Source of the DNA: a virus | Virus record (IMG/VR): IMGVR_UViG_3300034101_003479 | Location: 1-64,000 of that record | Length of the DNA: 64,000 bases | Strand: one strand, 5' to 3' | Part shown: positions 1 through 8,718 of the stretch, one piece after another | How positions within the stretch are numbered: the stretch's first letter is position 1 | How the letters are laid out: the number at the start of each line of letters is the position of its first letter | Made by a program: the position numbers and the translations under genes | The notes under the pieces: generated by a model | What the model was told of the DNA's origin: nothing | The model's input: the letters and a program-made list of their open reading frames with translations, nothing else | Database searches by the model: none

Positions 1-152
1 TCAGATAAATCTTTATTTAAAGTAAAATCTCCATAGTAGCCAGTGCCATTGCCATGAAAAATTCTTTCTTTAACCTTTACCTTGCCATATCTGGTTACAG
101 CAAAGTTTAATAACTCATACATGTTGCCAGCATGCTTTAATATCTTTTTCAC
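1..152 (-). CDS. hypothetical protein, 3' truncated by window edge
   Basis: GTG at 152 overlaps the upstream stop; frame stays open to position 1 (MKKILKHAGNMYELLNFAVTRYG...). Confidence 0.55.
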   Translation of the reverse strand, partial: MKKILKHAGNMYELLNFAVTRYGKVKVKERIFHGNGTGYYGDFTLNKDLS

Positions 153-355
153 TTAACTCTTCCCCATTGTATATAGTTCCATCCACGCTCATGTGCGTAG
201 TAAATAAATACTTTAACTACCGTTTCCCAAAAGGCAATTGCACCTGACAGGCTGGCACTTCTTGTTATAACATAGGCAACAACAAATGAAGAAAGTGTTC
301 CCCATATGCGATAACTTAATGCCTTGGCAAAAGATCTGGCCCTAGTTACTGTCAT
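149..355 (-). CDS. DUF2061-like small membrane protein
   Basis: RSFAKALSYR...YYAHERGW pattern with two hydrophobic segments. Confidence 0.8.
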   Translation of the reverse strand: MTVTRARSFAKALSYRIWGTLSSFVVAYVITRSASLSGAIAFWETVVKVFIYYAHERGWNYIQWGRVK

Positions 356-435
356 CTTTATCTTTCTTCTTAAACATTGCTGCTACCATTCGGTCGTCAG
401 CATCATTCATTGCTTTTCCTGATTTTTCTAATTGT

Positions 436-1197
436 TTAAATACCCAACTGCTTGCGTTTTTCAGTAGCCGATATAGCATGAATGTCTGCCCCCAAATCTA
501 CTTGTTCAATCTTGTACCCTACATCTCTACCGTATACAATATTAGTAATGTTAGGTAATCTTAATACTAATGCGCCATCCATAAATTCATCTTTAGCAAT
601 ATATTCTTTTACCTTATCAAACTTAAGAGGATCCTTTTCGCTTGTGTTGTATGTGTTGCGAACACCAAGTAGTACCTGGTCAGTTCTCTTGCCAGCCTCT
701 TTGTAAAGGGCATGGTGGCCTTCGTGCCAAGGCTGGTATCTACCTAGCATTAGAGTTGTAGGTGCGGACCAATCATGTAAATTAAACTTTTGAATGATAT
801 GAGATGCTTTTGCTTCTGAATCTAAGTTGTGGCTAATAAAAGATACGTCAAACTCTGTTGGTCTCTCAAACATTTTATTGGTATCTTCAAAGCGACCTTC
901 TGCAAGCGTGTCCATAAACACAAGAATATCTGGCTTACCAAATGCTGCACGAGTTATATCTGTTGGACACACAAAGTCTACAATTACTGGGGCAACTCCT
1001 TGTTTTGCAATAAGCCTAGCCATCTCACCCATGCGTCTTGCTTGTTCAATTCTATCTTCTGATGTGAAACTTAAATCTGAGTTTACAGTCGCACGAACTT
1101 CATCTGCATTAAGATGAATTGCATTTATACGTTCTTTTAAGGCTTTTGCTAATTCTGTTTTACCAGATCCTGGCAAACCAATTATTTGAATAATCAT
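436..1197 (-). CDS. adenylylsulfate (APS) kinase-like domain fused to a HIGH-class nucleotidyltransferase domain
   Basis: N-terminal P-loop GLPGSGKT, NADEVR, DRIEQARR; C-terminal GRYQPWHEGH and ISAT motifs. Confidence 0.8.
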   Translation of the reverse strand: MIIQIIGLPGSGKTELAKALKERINAIHLNADEVRATVNSDLSFTSEDRIEQARRMGEMARLIAKQGVAPVIVDFVCPTDITRAAFGKPDILVFMDTLAEGRFEDTNKMFERPTEFDVSFISHNLDSEAKASHIIQKFNLHDWSAPTTLMLGRYQPWHEGHHALYKEAGKRTDQVLLGVRNTYNTSEKDPLKFDKVKEYIAKDEFMDGALVLRLPNITNIVYGRDVGYKIEQVDLGADIHAISATEKRKQLGI

Positions 1198-1313
1198 TAA
1201 AGCTCTTTCTGCTAAATAATTCCTGTTTCTTCTACAGCGTCTACTTGGTCATCTATTGTTCTTAAAATATCAATATGCAACTCGGAAGAGCTGCATATTG
1301 ATTGTCTACTCAT
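1197..1313 (-). CDS. small hypothetical protein (38 aa)
   Basis: Read manually (MSRQSICSSSELHIDILRTIDDQVDAVEETGIILAERA); fills the gap with a TAATG overlap to the next gene. Confidence 0.55.
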
Positions 1314-1315
1314 AA

Positions 1316-1534
1316 TTAAACTTTCTTTGGCTTTCCAGTTTTCTTTGGAGCCATATTAGTTTCTCTGCGTATACCATGTTTATTCTTATCAACCTTCATT
1401 GGTCGCTTTTGTGTTGGAAGACCAGATCTAAATTTTCCTTGATTTGGTTTCTTTCTGCCAACTTCGTTAGAGCTTACTGCACCAGATGGTTCATTATTTG
1501 GCGGAGTAGTCATACCAGTTCCATTTTCACTCAT
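1316..1534 (-). CDS. small basic disordered protein
   Basis: ORF track; Lys/Pro-rich; start overlaps the upstream ORF. Confidence 0.65.
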   Translation of the reverse strand: MSENGTGMTTPPNNEPSGAVSSNEVGRKKPNQGKFRSGLPTQKRPMKVDKNKHGIRRETNMAPKKTGKPKKV

Positions 1535-1676
1535 TGATAAATTGTCTTGTCTGCTCAGGTGTTGAAGTCATGTTTAATGTTAAACCAGCTTCTCCATCTC
1601 TTGAAACATCTGTGACTGTAGCTGGGGCAATCCCTGTTGTGCTTCCTACTGATTCACATCCGCATTCAAAACACAT
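1527..1676 (-). CDS. small hypothetical protein (49 aa) with N-terminal CxxCxC
   Basis: Read manually (MCFECGCESVGSTTGIAPATVTDVSRDGEAGLTLNMTSTPEQTRQFINE); tightly packed between neighbours. Confidence 0.65.
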   Translation of the reverse strand: MCFECGCESVGSTTGIAPATVTDVSRDGEAGLTLNMTSTPEQTRQFINE

Positions 1677-1678
1677 TA

Positions 1679-1843
1679 CTACTTACCGCCGTTGTTTACG
1701 CCTGCGCCATCTTGTGATGACTTATCCTGCGCTGCTGGGAATGATCCAGTTGCTGGTGAGTAGTCGCCTGTTGCGTTAATATCGTTTGTTCCTGCTGGCT
1801 TGCGATTTGCTGTAAAGCCGTCTAAGTTTAATCCGTCTGTCAT
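1679..1843 (-). CDS. small Gly/Asp/Asn-rich protein (54 aa)
   Basis: Read manually (MTDGLNLDGFTANRKPAGTNDINATGDYSPATGSFPAAQDKSSQDGAGVNNGGK); AGGAG RBS and TGCTATAAT promoter upstream. Confidence 0.7.
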   Translation of the reverse strand: MTDGLNLDGFTANRKPAGTNDINATGDYSPATGSFPAAQDKSSQDGAGVNNGGK

Positions 1844-1868
1844 TTTATTTCTCCTATAGGTTTGTATT

Positions 1869-1908
1869 TAGATGGTTCTAGAAGTCCATCTATGAATCTA
1901 TTATAGCA
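1869..1908 (-). promoter_or_regulatory. extended -10 promoter followed by an inverted repeat
   Basis: TGCTATAAT, then TAGATGG...CCATCTA inverted repeat (1869-1892). Confidence 0.65.
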
Positions 1909-1917
1909 TTTAGTTGA

Positions 1918-2037
1918 TTAAGATTTATACTGTAAATTATAGCAATCTGTGCATATTGATATGGTATTTGACTGCGATAGGGCCATTCTTGTTGCCTTTT
2001 TACTGCACCCTTCAATTTCGCAATTACTTTGAGTCAT
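1918..2037 (-). CDS. small putative zinc-finger protein (39 aa)
   Basis: Read manually: MTQSNCEIEGCSKKATRMALSQSNTISICTDCYNLQYKS (Cx4C...CxxC). Confidence 0.55.
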   Translation of the reverse strand: MTQSNCEIEGCSKKATRMALSQSNTISICTDCYNLQYKS

Positions 2038-2237
2038 TATTTAACTTTTTTCCCAAATCTAACCCATACTCTTTCGTGTAAATAATAACCTAAAGCTTCC
2101 CATCCAATGTAAATTAAGGCTCCAAGGCTCGCATACTCCCACTCACCAGTAAATAAAAATATTACGCCCGCCACACCAACAAGGTGAAATGTTTCCCAGC
2201 TTGCTGTTTTTAATAAAGTTCTTTTATTTGATTCCAT
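2037..2237 (-). CDS. DUF2061-like small membrane protein (second copy)
   Basis: MESNKRTLLKTASW...YYLHERVW pattern. Confidence 0.8.
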   Translation of the reverse strand: MESNKRTLLKTASWETFHLVGVAGVIFLFTGEWEYASLGALIYIGWEALGYYLHERVWVRFGKKVK

Positions 2238-2260
2238 ACCACTATTCTATCATTTAAATA

Positions 2261-2294
2261 TTAAAGGGGCAAGACCTAAGCCCTGCCCCTTTAA
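2261..2294 (-). terminator. intrinsic terminator hairpin
   Basis: TTAAAGGGGCA / TGCCCCTTTAA inverted repeat just downstream of the 2305 stop. Confidence 0.7.
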
Positions 2295-2304
2295 TTGAAG
2301 TTAT

Positions 2305-3327
2305 TTACTTCTTTAATGCAACCTTTAGCTTAGGGAACTTCTTGTTCCACTTTGTTGCTAGAGCGTTGTACTCTTTGATATATGTAGCCTTAGCAAGATC
2401 TGAAGCTGCCTTTGCTGTTGCTGCTGCTGCTGTTGCAGTTGCAGAATCTGATGCACGTCCAGCCTTTTCTGCTGCTAGAGCATCTTGTGCTGCTTTGAGT
2501 GCTGCATTAGCTGTTGCTAACTCTGCATTCTTTGCTGCTAGTTCTGCTGCAATATCACGGACTACAATTGTAGCGCTTACAGAACCAATTGGCGCTGATA
2601 GGCCTGTCACGGCTGTTGCTACTGTTGCATATGCAACTACTGTGATTGAACCAGTTGCAGGAACTGTTACTGTCTGCTCCTTGGTTCCAAGTGTTGCTAC
2701 TGCTGTGTCAGTTGTCAGCGCTGTTGCCAATGCTGCTCCAGAGCTTGAAACCAAAGTATTAATTGTGGCTCCACCCTTTAGATTACCAAACACATCGTAT
2801 CCTGATACCTTAAGTACCTGTGATGTACCTGCTGCTGCTGATGCAGGAGCGGTTAGTGTAATTGAGTTCAAAGCACCTGCGGTACCTTGTACATAATAAA
2901 CTGTTGTAGTTCCAGCACGAGTAATCGATACTGATCCTACTGCTGTACTTTTAGTATATACATAAAAGTCTGCTGATGTTCCAGTTCCTGTTGCAATTGA
3001 TAGCGTTGAGGTTCCAGATGATGCTGTTACTGCTGCACCAGTTGCTGATAGAGCGGGTACAAGTGTTGCGTTTACTGCAACTGCTGTTACTGCTGTTCCA
3101 GTGTCTACGCCTGTTACGGCAATCTTCAATGCATCTGCTGCATCTACACTGTTATCTGCTGGTACTGGTAGTGATACAGGAGTTGTTACTACTGTTCCAC
3201 CCGTTGCTGCAGTTCCCGCCACCGTTAGGGTGACAGTTCCAGCATTAGCCTGAGCTGCTGGCGATACAAGCATTGTGCTAGTCAGGGCTGCAGCGATGAT
3301 TAGCGATACTTTCTTAAATGAGTTCAT
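2305..3327 (-). CDS. secreted Ala/Thr-rich surface protein with C-terminal coiled coil
   Basis: Sec signal peptide (…PAAQA-NA), beta-rich body, Ala-rich helix ending KWNKKFPKLKVALKK; AGGAG RBS; own terminator. Confidence 0.75.
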   Translation of the reverse strand: MNSFKKVSLIIAAALTSTMLVSPAAQANAGTVTLTVAGTAATGGTVVTTPVSLPVPADNSVDAADALKIAVTGVDTGTAVTAVAVNATLVPALSATGAAVTASSGTSTLSIATGTGTSADFYVYTKSTAVGSVSITRAGTTTVYYVQGTAGALNSITLTAPASAAAGTSQVLKVSGYDVFGNLKGGATINTLVSSSGAALATALTTDTAVATLGTKEQTVTVPATGSITVVAYATVATAVTGLSAPIGSVSATIVVRDIAAELAAKNAELATANAALKAAQDALAAEKAGRASDSATATAAAATAKAASDLAKATYIKEYNALATKWNKKFPKLKVALKK

Positions 3328-3402
3328 TTAATTTATTCTCCTTTTTACCTGCCTCTGTTGAGTACAGGAATCTATGTGGTATTTTTATATCACAATATGT
3401 AA

Positions 3403-3427
3403 GACGTTTATGTGACACAAATGTTGC
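3403..3427 (-). promoter_or_regulatory. possible ECF-sigma-type promoter
   Basis: GCAAC-N16-CGTC on the minus strand. Confidence 0.35.
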
Positions 3428-3429
3428 GT

Positions 3430-3633
3430 TTAATTTAATTCATTTACTCTAACTTGAAAAGAACAGGGGTCTCCGCCCTCTTCCCACTCTTGCATTTCTT
3501 CGTCAGACATTGGGGGAGCATCATGTGTATTGCAAAATACATCTGAAATCCATCCTCGATCATAGCCATTTTTAAGCCATATTTCAAACTCTACGTGATT
3601 TATATATCCTTCGTCAGGATCTAATTCATCCAC
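3430..3633 (-). CDS. acidic hypothetical protein
   Basis: ORF track; overlaps the thioredoxin stop. Confidence 0.7.
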   Translation of the reverse strand: MDELDPDEGYINHVEFEIWLKNGYDRGWISDVFCNTHDAPPMSDEEMQEWEEGGDPCSFQVRVNELN

Positions 3634-3935
3634 TGCTCGATCTCCTTTAGCATTAAATGTTTTGGCTTTGCCCCAATGATTCTTTTTACTTCTTCTCCAT
3701 TTTCAAAAACAATTGTAGTTGGTAAAGATATAATCCCATACTTTTCTACCATACTCTTATTTTCGTCAGCATTTATTTTACCAACCCATATCGAGCACTC
3801 CTCAGATATTTCATCTAAAATTGGAGAAAACATCTTGCACGGCCTACACCACTCTGCCCAGAAATCAACTAAGATTACCTTGTGGGTAGAAATAGCTGTT
3901 TGAAAATTGTTGTCGTCGACTATCATATTATACAT
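3621..3935 (-). CDS. trxA: thioredoxin
   Basis: VDFWAEWCRPCK active site; start may be ATG 3926. Confidence 0.95.
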   Translation of the reverse strand: MYNMIVDDNNFQTAISTHKVILVDFWAEWCRPCKMFSPILDEISEECSIWVGKINADENKSMVEKYGIISLPTTIVFENGEEVKRIIGAKPKHLMLKEIEQWMN

Positions 3936-3958
3936 TATATATAATCAACGTCTTGGTG

Positions 3959-4546
3959 TCAATAGAGATTGACATCGTTAGGTGTCATCTTTAATCTAAT
4001 TACATCTTGAGCTTCTTTTGGCAAGCTTCTAAATGCCCTAGTTTTTTTAATTATTTCACTGTCTTCTGGTGCTAAATTGACAAAAATTGCTATAACGTAA
4101 TCCTTTTCATCAGATGACGGATACTCTGGTCTATTGTGGAAGTCTTCGTCTCCCTTTAGAAAGACTGCTGAGTTAGTAACACTTGGAAAGTCTACTCCCT
4201 CAACCGTCAAGGGCCAGTTGAGGGTTGAATCTACAATAATATTTAACGTATGAGTGGCATAAAAGTCATCTACGTGATTTCCTAAAGACGGGATCACGCC
4301 GTCTACTATTTGATACTTTACGCATTGAGTATAAACTATTTCTAGGTTGTCTACATTAAATCCGTCTCTAGAAGTTTTAACTAATAATTGATTTATCTCT
4401 TCAGGAAAATGAATAGTGTTCCAGTATCTACCATATATTTTTGTGTAATTAAAATCTTTTGAATTCTCTATATGCGAAACCACATGATCTTTAATTAGAT
4501 TAAAGTCTTTGTCGTTAAATAAATTTTCTTTGTAAAAAGATTTCAC
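3959..4546 (-). CDS. 2OG-Fe(II) oxygenase-like protein
   Basis: HVD and distal HNR motifs; paralogue of 10918..11499. Confidence 0.65.
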   Translation of the reverse strand: MKSFYKENLFNDKDFNLIKDHVVSHIENSKDFNYTKIYGRYWNTIHFPEEINQLLVKTSRDGFNVDNLEIVYTQCVKYQIVDGVIPSLGNHVDDFYATHTLNIIVDSTLNWPLTVEGVDFPSVTNSAVFLKGDEDFHNRPEYPSSDEKDYVIAIFVNLAPEDSEIIKKTRAFRSLPKEAQDVIRLKMTPNDVNLY

Positions 4547-4628
4547 GATTCTCCCTTAATAAATAAATCTTTTTGTCCTGTTTAATTCTTTTTTTAGCTT
4601 TCTTTTTCTATATAGATAAATAATTTTT

Positions 4629-5582
4629 TTAATCATTGAACAGGCCTCTTTTTTCTATTTCTTTCATAAAGCATGATGTCCAGTATTGGTGGATAGCGCT
4701 TCCACTGTGTCCGTCTCTCTTTTTTAACACAGAGTCTGGAACAGACATTTTGGGATAAAGATTTGCAATAAACTCAAAAAGATCCTTTCCATTCATTTCT
4801 ATAAAATATTGACCTATATACTTGAGATGACTAAGGTTGATATTGTCATCATAAATCCAAGTAGAGTATAAAAGCTTAATGTTATTTGATTTACAATAAG
4901 AAACAAGCATGCTCCATCCAACTGCAAACTCTATATATTGCCTTCTGTATTCATTAAAATCAATTACATTTTCTTTTGGGACAAATTTAGCTGCCCTGTT
5001 CTTTTCTCTTTGTGTGACTGGACGTCTGCTTGGAAGTTCTAGATATTTTTGATTGTATTCCCATCCTTCTCTTTTGTCGTTCCAGTAAAAATTTCTTCCA
5101 ATATTAGGCAGCAATACAAAAAAATGAGTAGGAGCTCCGTATTTTTCTACGTAAGTCATTAGACTTAAAGCTACTTTATGCCATCCGTTACCCGATCTTG
5201 CTAAAGAATAGTATCCGCCGATATCATATTTTTGCTTTAATTCAGAATACAAATTGTATGCCCATAATTCATTTAAATTACCGCCCACGCCTTCTGTTTC
5301 AGAGCAGCCTCCAAATACTACATGATATTTTTCTTTATGATCTTTAGTAAATTCATCGGATCTAAAAAAATCTGAGTTGTACTTATACGAGACAAGCCCG
5401 TCGTCATCACCACTCTCTGTCTTAAATGGCAAATGCGTAAAAGTTCTTGGCCACTCATTTCTATTTTCACCAAAATTGTTAAACCATGTTGCATCAAATT
5501 CATTATAAAAGGCGTCTATAGTTCCTGAACTATTTAAAATATTAGCGTTAGTTATTTCAAACGGATCATTTTTGGTATTCAA
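4629..5582 (-). CDS. SGNH/GDSL hydrolase-like protein
   Basis: YNSDFFRSDEF, FGGCSETEG, C-terminal RDGHSG...H. Confidence 0.6.
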   Translation of the reverse strand: MNTKNDPFEITNANILNSSGTIDAFYNEFDATWFNNFGENRNEWPRTFTHLPFKTESGDDDGLVSYKYNSDFFRSDEFTKDHKEKYHVVFGGCSETEGVGGNLNELWAYNLYSELKQKYDIGGYYSLARSGNGWHKVALSLMTYVEKYGAPTHFFVLLPNIGRNFYWNDKREGWEYNQKYLELPSRRPVTQREKNRAAKFVPKENVIDFNEYRRQYIEFAVGWSMLVSYCKSNNIKLLYSTWIYDDNINLSHLKYIGQYFIEMNGKDLFEFIANLYPKMSVPDSVLKKRDGHSGSAIHQYWTSCFMKEIEKRGLFND

Positions 5583-6273
5583 CTTTGCTCCTTAAATATA
5601 TATCATAAAATCCTAATGTGTGTAACGCAATGGCGTCTACTGACCATTCTTTATTTAAGAATAAAAACTCATTTACAGACTGGTACGTTCCATATGGCGC
5701 ATCTTCAATTATACCATCGTAAATTAAGTAATCATTTAGCCCTATTATTCCCCCAGGCTTAATCATGTCCTTTACTTTATTTAATGTATCTCTAATTAAT
5801 CTTCTATCATTAGATAGGTCTATGTAGACATAATCATATTTTTTATCTATTGTATCAAGTACTTGTGGTACGCTTCCTTTAATTACATTGACACCTGTGT
5901 ATTTACTAAATTTATCCTTAATGTATTCCATGTGTGTCTCTGGAGTATACAGAAGTTCATGTTTTGGATTGCACTGGCAACTTCCAAATTTTCTCCAAGA
6001 CCAGCATTTTAGATCTTGATTGTACCAGTCTACTAAATCTACAGATAATGGATTTCTTGAGCTAACTACTATATCTGAGTAGTAGCCCCAAGCAACACCC
6101 AGCTCCATATAGTCACAATTTAAGGGTAACGTTTTTATGTATTCTTCTCTGTTTGAGTATACACGAGCTTTGCTTAGTTGTGATTGTTCTATGTGGTGCG
6201 AACTTTCAATTTCGTCGTTGGCTAAATTTGTTATTTGATTAAAATCAAATTGTCTGACTGGTTTTTTTGGCAC
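5566..6273 (-). CDS. class I SAM-dependent methyltransferase
   Basis: MELGVAWG, YDYVYID, KPGGIIGLNDY motifs. Confidence 0.85.
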   Translation of the reverse strand: MPKKPVRQFDFNQITNLANDEIESSHHIEQSQLSKARVYSNREEYIKTLPLNCDYMELGVAWGYYSDIVVSSRNPLSVDLVDWYNQDLKCWSWRKFGSCQCNPKHELLYTPETHMEYIKDKFSKYTGVNVIKGSVPQVLDTIDKKYDYVYIDLSNDRRLIRDTLNKVKDMIKPGGIIGLNDYLIYDGIIEDAPYGTYQSVNEFLFLNKEWSVDAIALHTLGFYDIYLRSKVEYQK

Positions 6274-6288
6274 CTAGATATCCTCTGC

Positions 6289-6975
6289 CTAAGACCATTT
6301 AGATTGCTCATCAAGAATTAAGCTTTTAGTGTCTTCATAAATCTTTTGTATTTTATCAAAACCCTTGGTGTTTAAAAGCAAATCCTTTGCCTGATCATAA
6401 GGATCAGGCTTCTTTTCTACTGGGACTGCGTTGTTATATCCAGGCTCACCCTTATCGTGCACACGTATCTGGCTTTTGGCCTCTGCCTTTAATTTTTCAA
6501 TGTCGCTATTTTTTGCATCCATATCCAGCAAAGACTTAACCACATACTCTATGTCTGTGGTTGCCTGCTCAAAAGTAAATGGCTTTAAGTTTTTAATATT
6601 CTTTTCTATTCCGTAAGCATAGTTCTTGTATACATAAAAATGCTCCATGATCAGTCTATCTAAACTTACATAGTTATATTCATGTGGCTGAGCTATACCG
6701 CTAACAATACTATTGCCTAGACCAGACATAATTTTTGTAATTACTGAGGGTATTAAATCTACTGGATCTCTTAGTATTGTTGTTTGAGTTATACCGTCAA
6801 ATTTTGCTAGCAAAGCTACTGGGGTATGAACCCTTAAAATAAATGAATCGACATAGATATTGCCACCATACTCTACATCCTTAAGTAGGGATATTTTATG
6901 CTTATATAAAACATATTGTAGCCATGCAGTTCCGCTTCTCGGAGCAGAGTTTATCAATATCTTGTCGTTTATCAA
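6289..6975 (-). CDS. sulfotransferase-like protein
   Basis: 5'-PSB-like SAPRSGTAWL and 3'-PB-like LRDPVDLIPS motifs. Confidence 0.7.
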   Translation of the reverse strand: MINDKILINSAPRSGTAWLQYVLYKHKISLLKDVEYGGNIYVDSFILRVHTPVALLAKFDGITQTTILRDPVDLIPSVITKIMSGLGNSIVSGIAQPHEYNYVSLDRLIMEHFYVYKNYAYGIEKNIKNLKPFTFEQATTDIEYVVKSLLDMDAKNSDIEKLKAEAKSQIRVHDKGEPGYNNAVPVEKKPDPYDQAKDLLLNTKGFDKIQKIYEDTKSLILDEQSKWS

Positions 6976-6979
6976 ACGA

Positions 6980-7186
6980 TTATGTATCCTTTAGTTCGTC
7001 CGCTGCTGCATTGAATTTATTCATAAATGTTTGAATAACCCAAACTGCAGTTTCTCCAGCATTAGCAGCCATTGCTTTTGAAGATTCTTCCGTCCTATCT
7101 TCAATGGCAAGACCATTGTACCATTTTTGGTACAACTCCTCGCCAATTTCTTTAATAATTTCTTCTAATACTGTCATGTTAGCCAT
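6980..7186 (-). CDS. hypothetical protein
   Basis: ORF track; coupled to the upstream gene. Confidence 0.7.
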   Translation of the reverse strand: MANMTVLEEIIKEIGEELYQKWYNGLAIEDRTEESSKAMAANAGETAVWVIQTFMNKFNAAADELKDT

Positions 7187-8309
7187 TTATTTTCTTGTTC
7201 CAATCTGCTTTAATCTTAGCAAGCTTTTCAGCAGCAGCCTTGATTTCTAGTTGGTACTGTGCCTCGGCTGCAGCAATTTCTTTAGCCGATTCTGCTACAA
7301 GAGCAGCCTTTGCCTCAGCAGCCAATTGTTCTGCGGTTTTAACCACAGGCTTTGGTGTAGGAGTTGGTGCTGGGGCCTGTGCAACTATTGCTGTTTGAGA
7401 AGACATAATAAGCTTTCCCTCTTGTCCTCTTGCACCCTTGATTATCTTAGAATTTGCATTCAGCATACCAATAACTTCATTATATGAAGCGTTAGGATTT
7501 GAAGATTTAATTCCAACCCACACTGCTGCTGCAACTTGTGTTGAAATTGAAGACCCCATTGCATTTCTAATTTGTCCTCCTGGAATCATAACCTGCATGT
7601 TTCCAGTAGCATAGTAATCTAATCTGTTTTTGTCAAAATTAGAATTGTTATCTATTTGCTCATATTGATCAGACATTCCAATTGATATTGAATCATTAAT
7701 GCATCCTGGCCACGATAGTCTTGATAGGTCTCGCATATTTCCTGCTGGAAAAAATGAAGGGATTCCTGCTGTGACCAATGAGGATAGCATGCCACGCAGA
7801 GTTGGAGTTGCAGGGCAATAATCTGTTGCTGTAGTTAGGATTGCATGGTTAGCTTGTGACATGGAAACCGCTTGAATGTTAAACTTTTCTTTATTATCTA
7901 GTACCCACTTGAGGGCCAATGATACTCCGACTTCACCAGTGGACTGTCTCATTCCAGTTGTGGTATTTCCAATAATTCTAACAAACACGATTTTAATATT
8001 TGGATTAGTTCTAACAGCAACGGAAGCCATTTGCGTTCCATGATCAAATCCATTTGAAGAAATCATGTTAGAAGGAAGAACCGCTGAACCAGTTCCTTCC
8101 ATAAACTTCTGTCCGTTTGGACATGAGGCCCATTCTAACACACAAACTTCATGTGCAATCTTATCTTTAAAGATTGGCAACGAAGTGTCTAGAGCTGTGT
8201 CTAGAATAGCTAATGTAGGGGCTTTTGGTTCCGCCTTTGCCTCTACAGCAAAAAATAAAGTAAATAGTAGTGATGTTGCAGATACTGCACTTATTAGTTT
8301 TTTATTCAT
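7179..8309 (-). CDS. secreted subtilisin-like (S8) serine protease
   Basis: Signal peptide; catalytic AILDTA, HGTQMA and GSSIST; oxyanion PAGN; Pro/Thr linker and Ala-rich tail. Confidence 0.88.
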   Translation of the reverse strand: MNKKLISAVSATSLLFTLFFAVEAKAEPKAPTLAILDTALDTSLPIFKDKIAHEVCVLEWASCPNGQKFMEGTGSAVLPSNMISSNGFDHGTQMASVAVRTNPNIKIVFVRIIGNTTTGMRQSTGEVGVSLALKWVLDNKEKFNIQAVSMSQANHAILTTATDYCPATPTLRGMLSSLVTAGIPSFFPAGNMRDLSRLSWPGCINDSISIGMSDQYEQIDNNSNFDKNRLDYYATGNMQVMIPGGQIRNAMGSSISTQVAAAVWVGIKSSNPNASYNEVIGMLNANSKIIKGARGQEGKLIMSSQTAIVAQAPAPTPTPKPVVKTAEQLAAEAKAALVAESAKEIAAAEAQYQLEIKAAAEKLAKIKADWNKKING

Positions 8310-8315
8310 AATGAC

Positions 8316-8345
8316 ATTCTACTAAATTAGTAGGCAGTTTGTCAA
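8316..8345 (-). promoter_or_regulatory. sigma70-type promoter (leaderless)
   Basis: TTGACA-N18-TAGAAT, 6 nt before the ATG at 8309. Confidence 0.7.
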
Positions 8346-8512
8346 GAGTTTCTATCTAGTCGTCGTTGATACCATTTCCCAGCATCAAGCTGTGGCTGTT
8401 GAAGGTTGTTTGCCTCTATTAGGGTTGCAAGCATATTGTTAACTAGATCTAATTCAAATTCTAGCTTGATTACTTGCATCTCTAGCAATCTAAGTCTTTC
8501 AGATTTTCTCAT
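8342..8512 (-). CDS. small coiled-coil protein (56 aa)
   Basis: Read manually (MRKSERLRLLEMQVIKLEFELDLVNNML...); ATGA overlap with the upstream stop. Confidence 0.6.
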   Translation of the reverse strand: MRKSERLRLLEMQVIKLEFELDLVNNMLATLIEANNLQQPQLDAGKWYQRRLDRNS

Positions 8513-8718
8513 TCTGTTCTATCCTCTGGTGTAGGGGCGGTTGCTAATGTACCGCAATTTGCACATTCCATGTCTAAAAAGTATGTAGCAATATCAAAAT
8601 TTTCAAAAACAACTTTTAGGTTCCAGACAAAACATCCGCAGGGACAAACATGGGTTGGTGTTCCACGAATGTCCATAGCCATATCGTAGTTTTCTGGCCT
8701 TAGATCGTTTATGTCCAT
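8509..8718 (-). CDS. zinc-ribbon protein
   Basis: CPCGC...CANCG. Confidence 0.7.
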   Translation of the reverse strand: MDINDLRPENYDMAMDIRGTPTHVCPCGCFVWNLKVVFENFDIATYFLDMECANCGTLATAPTPEDRTE

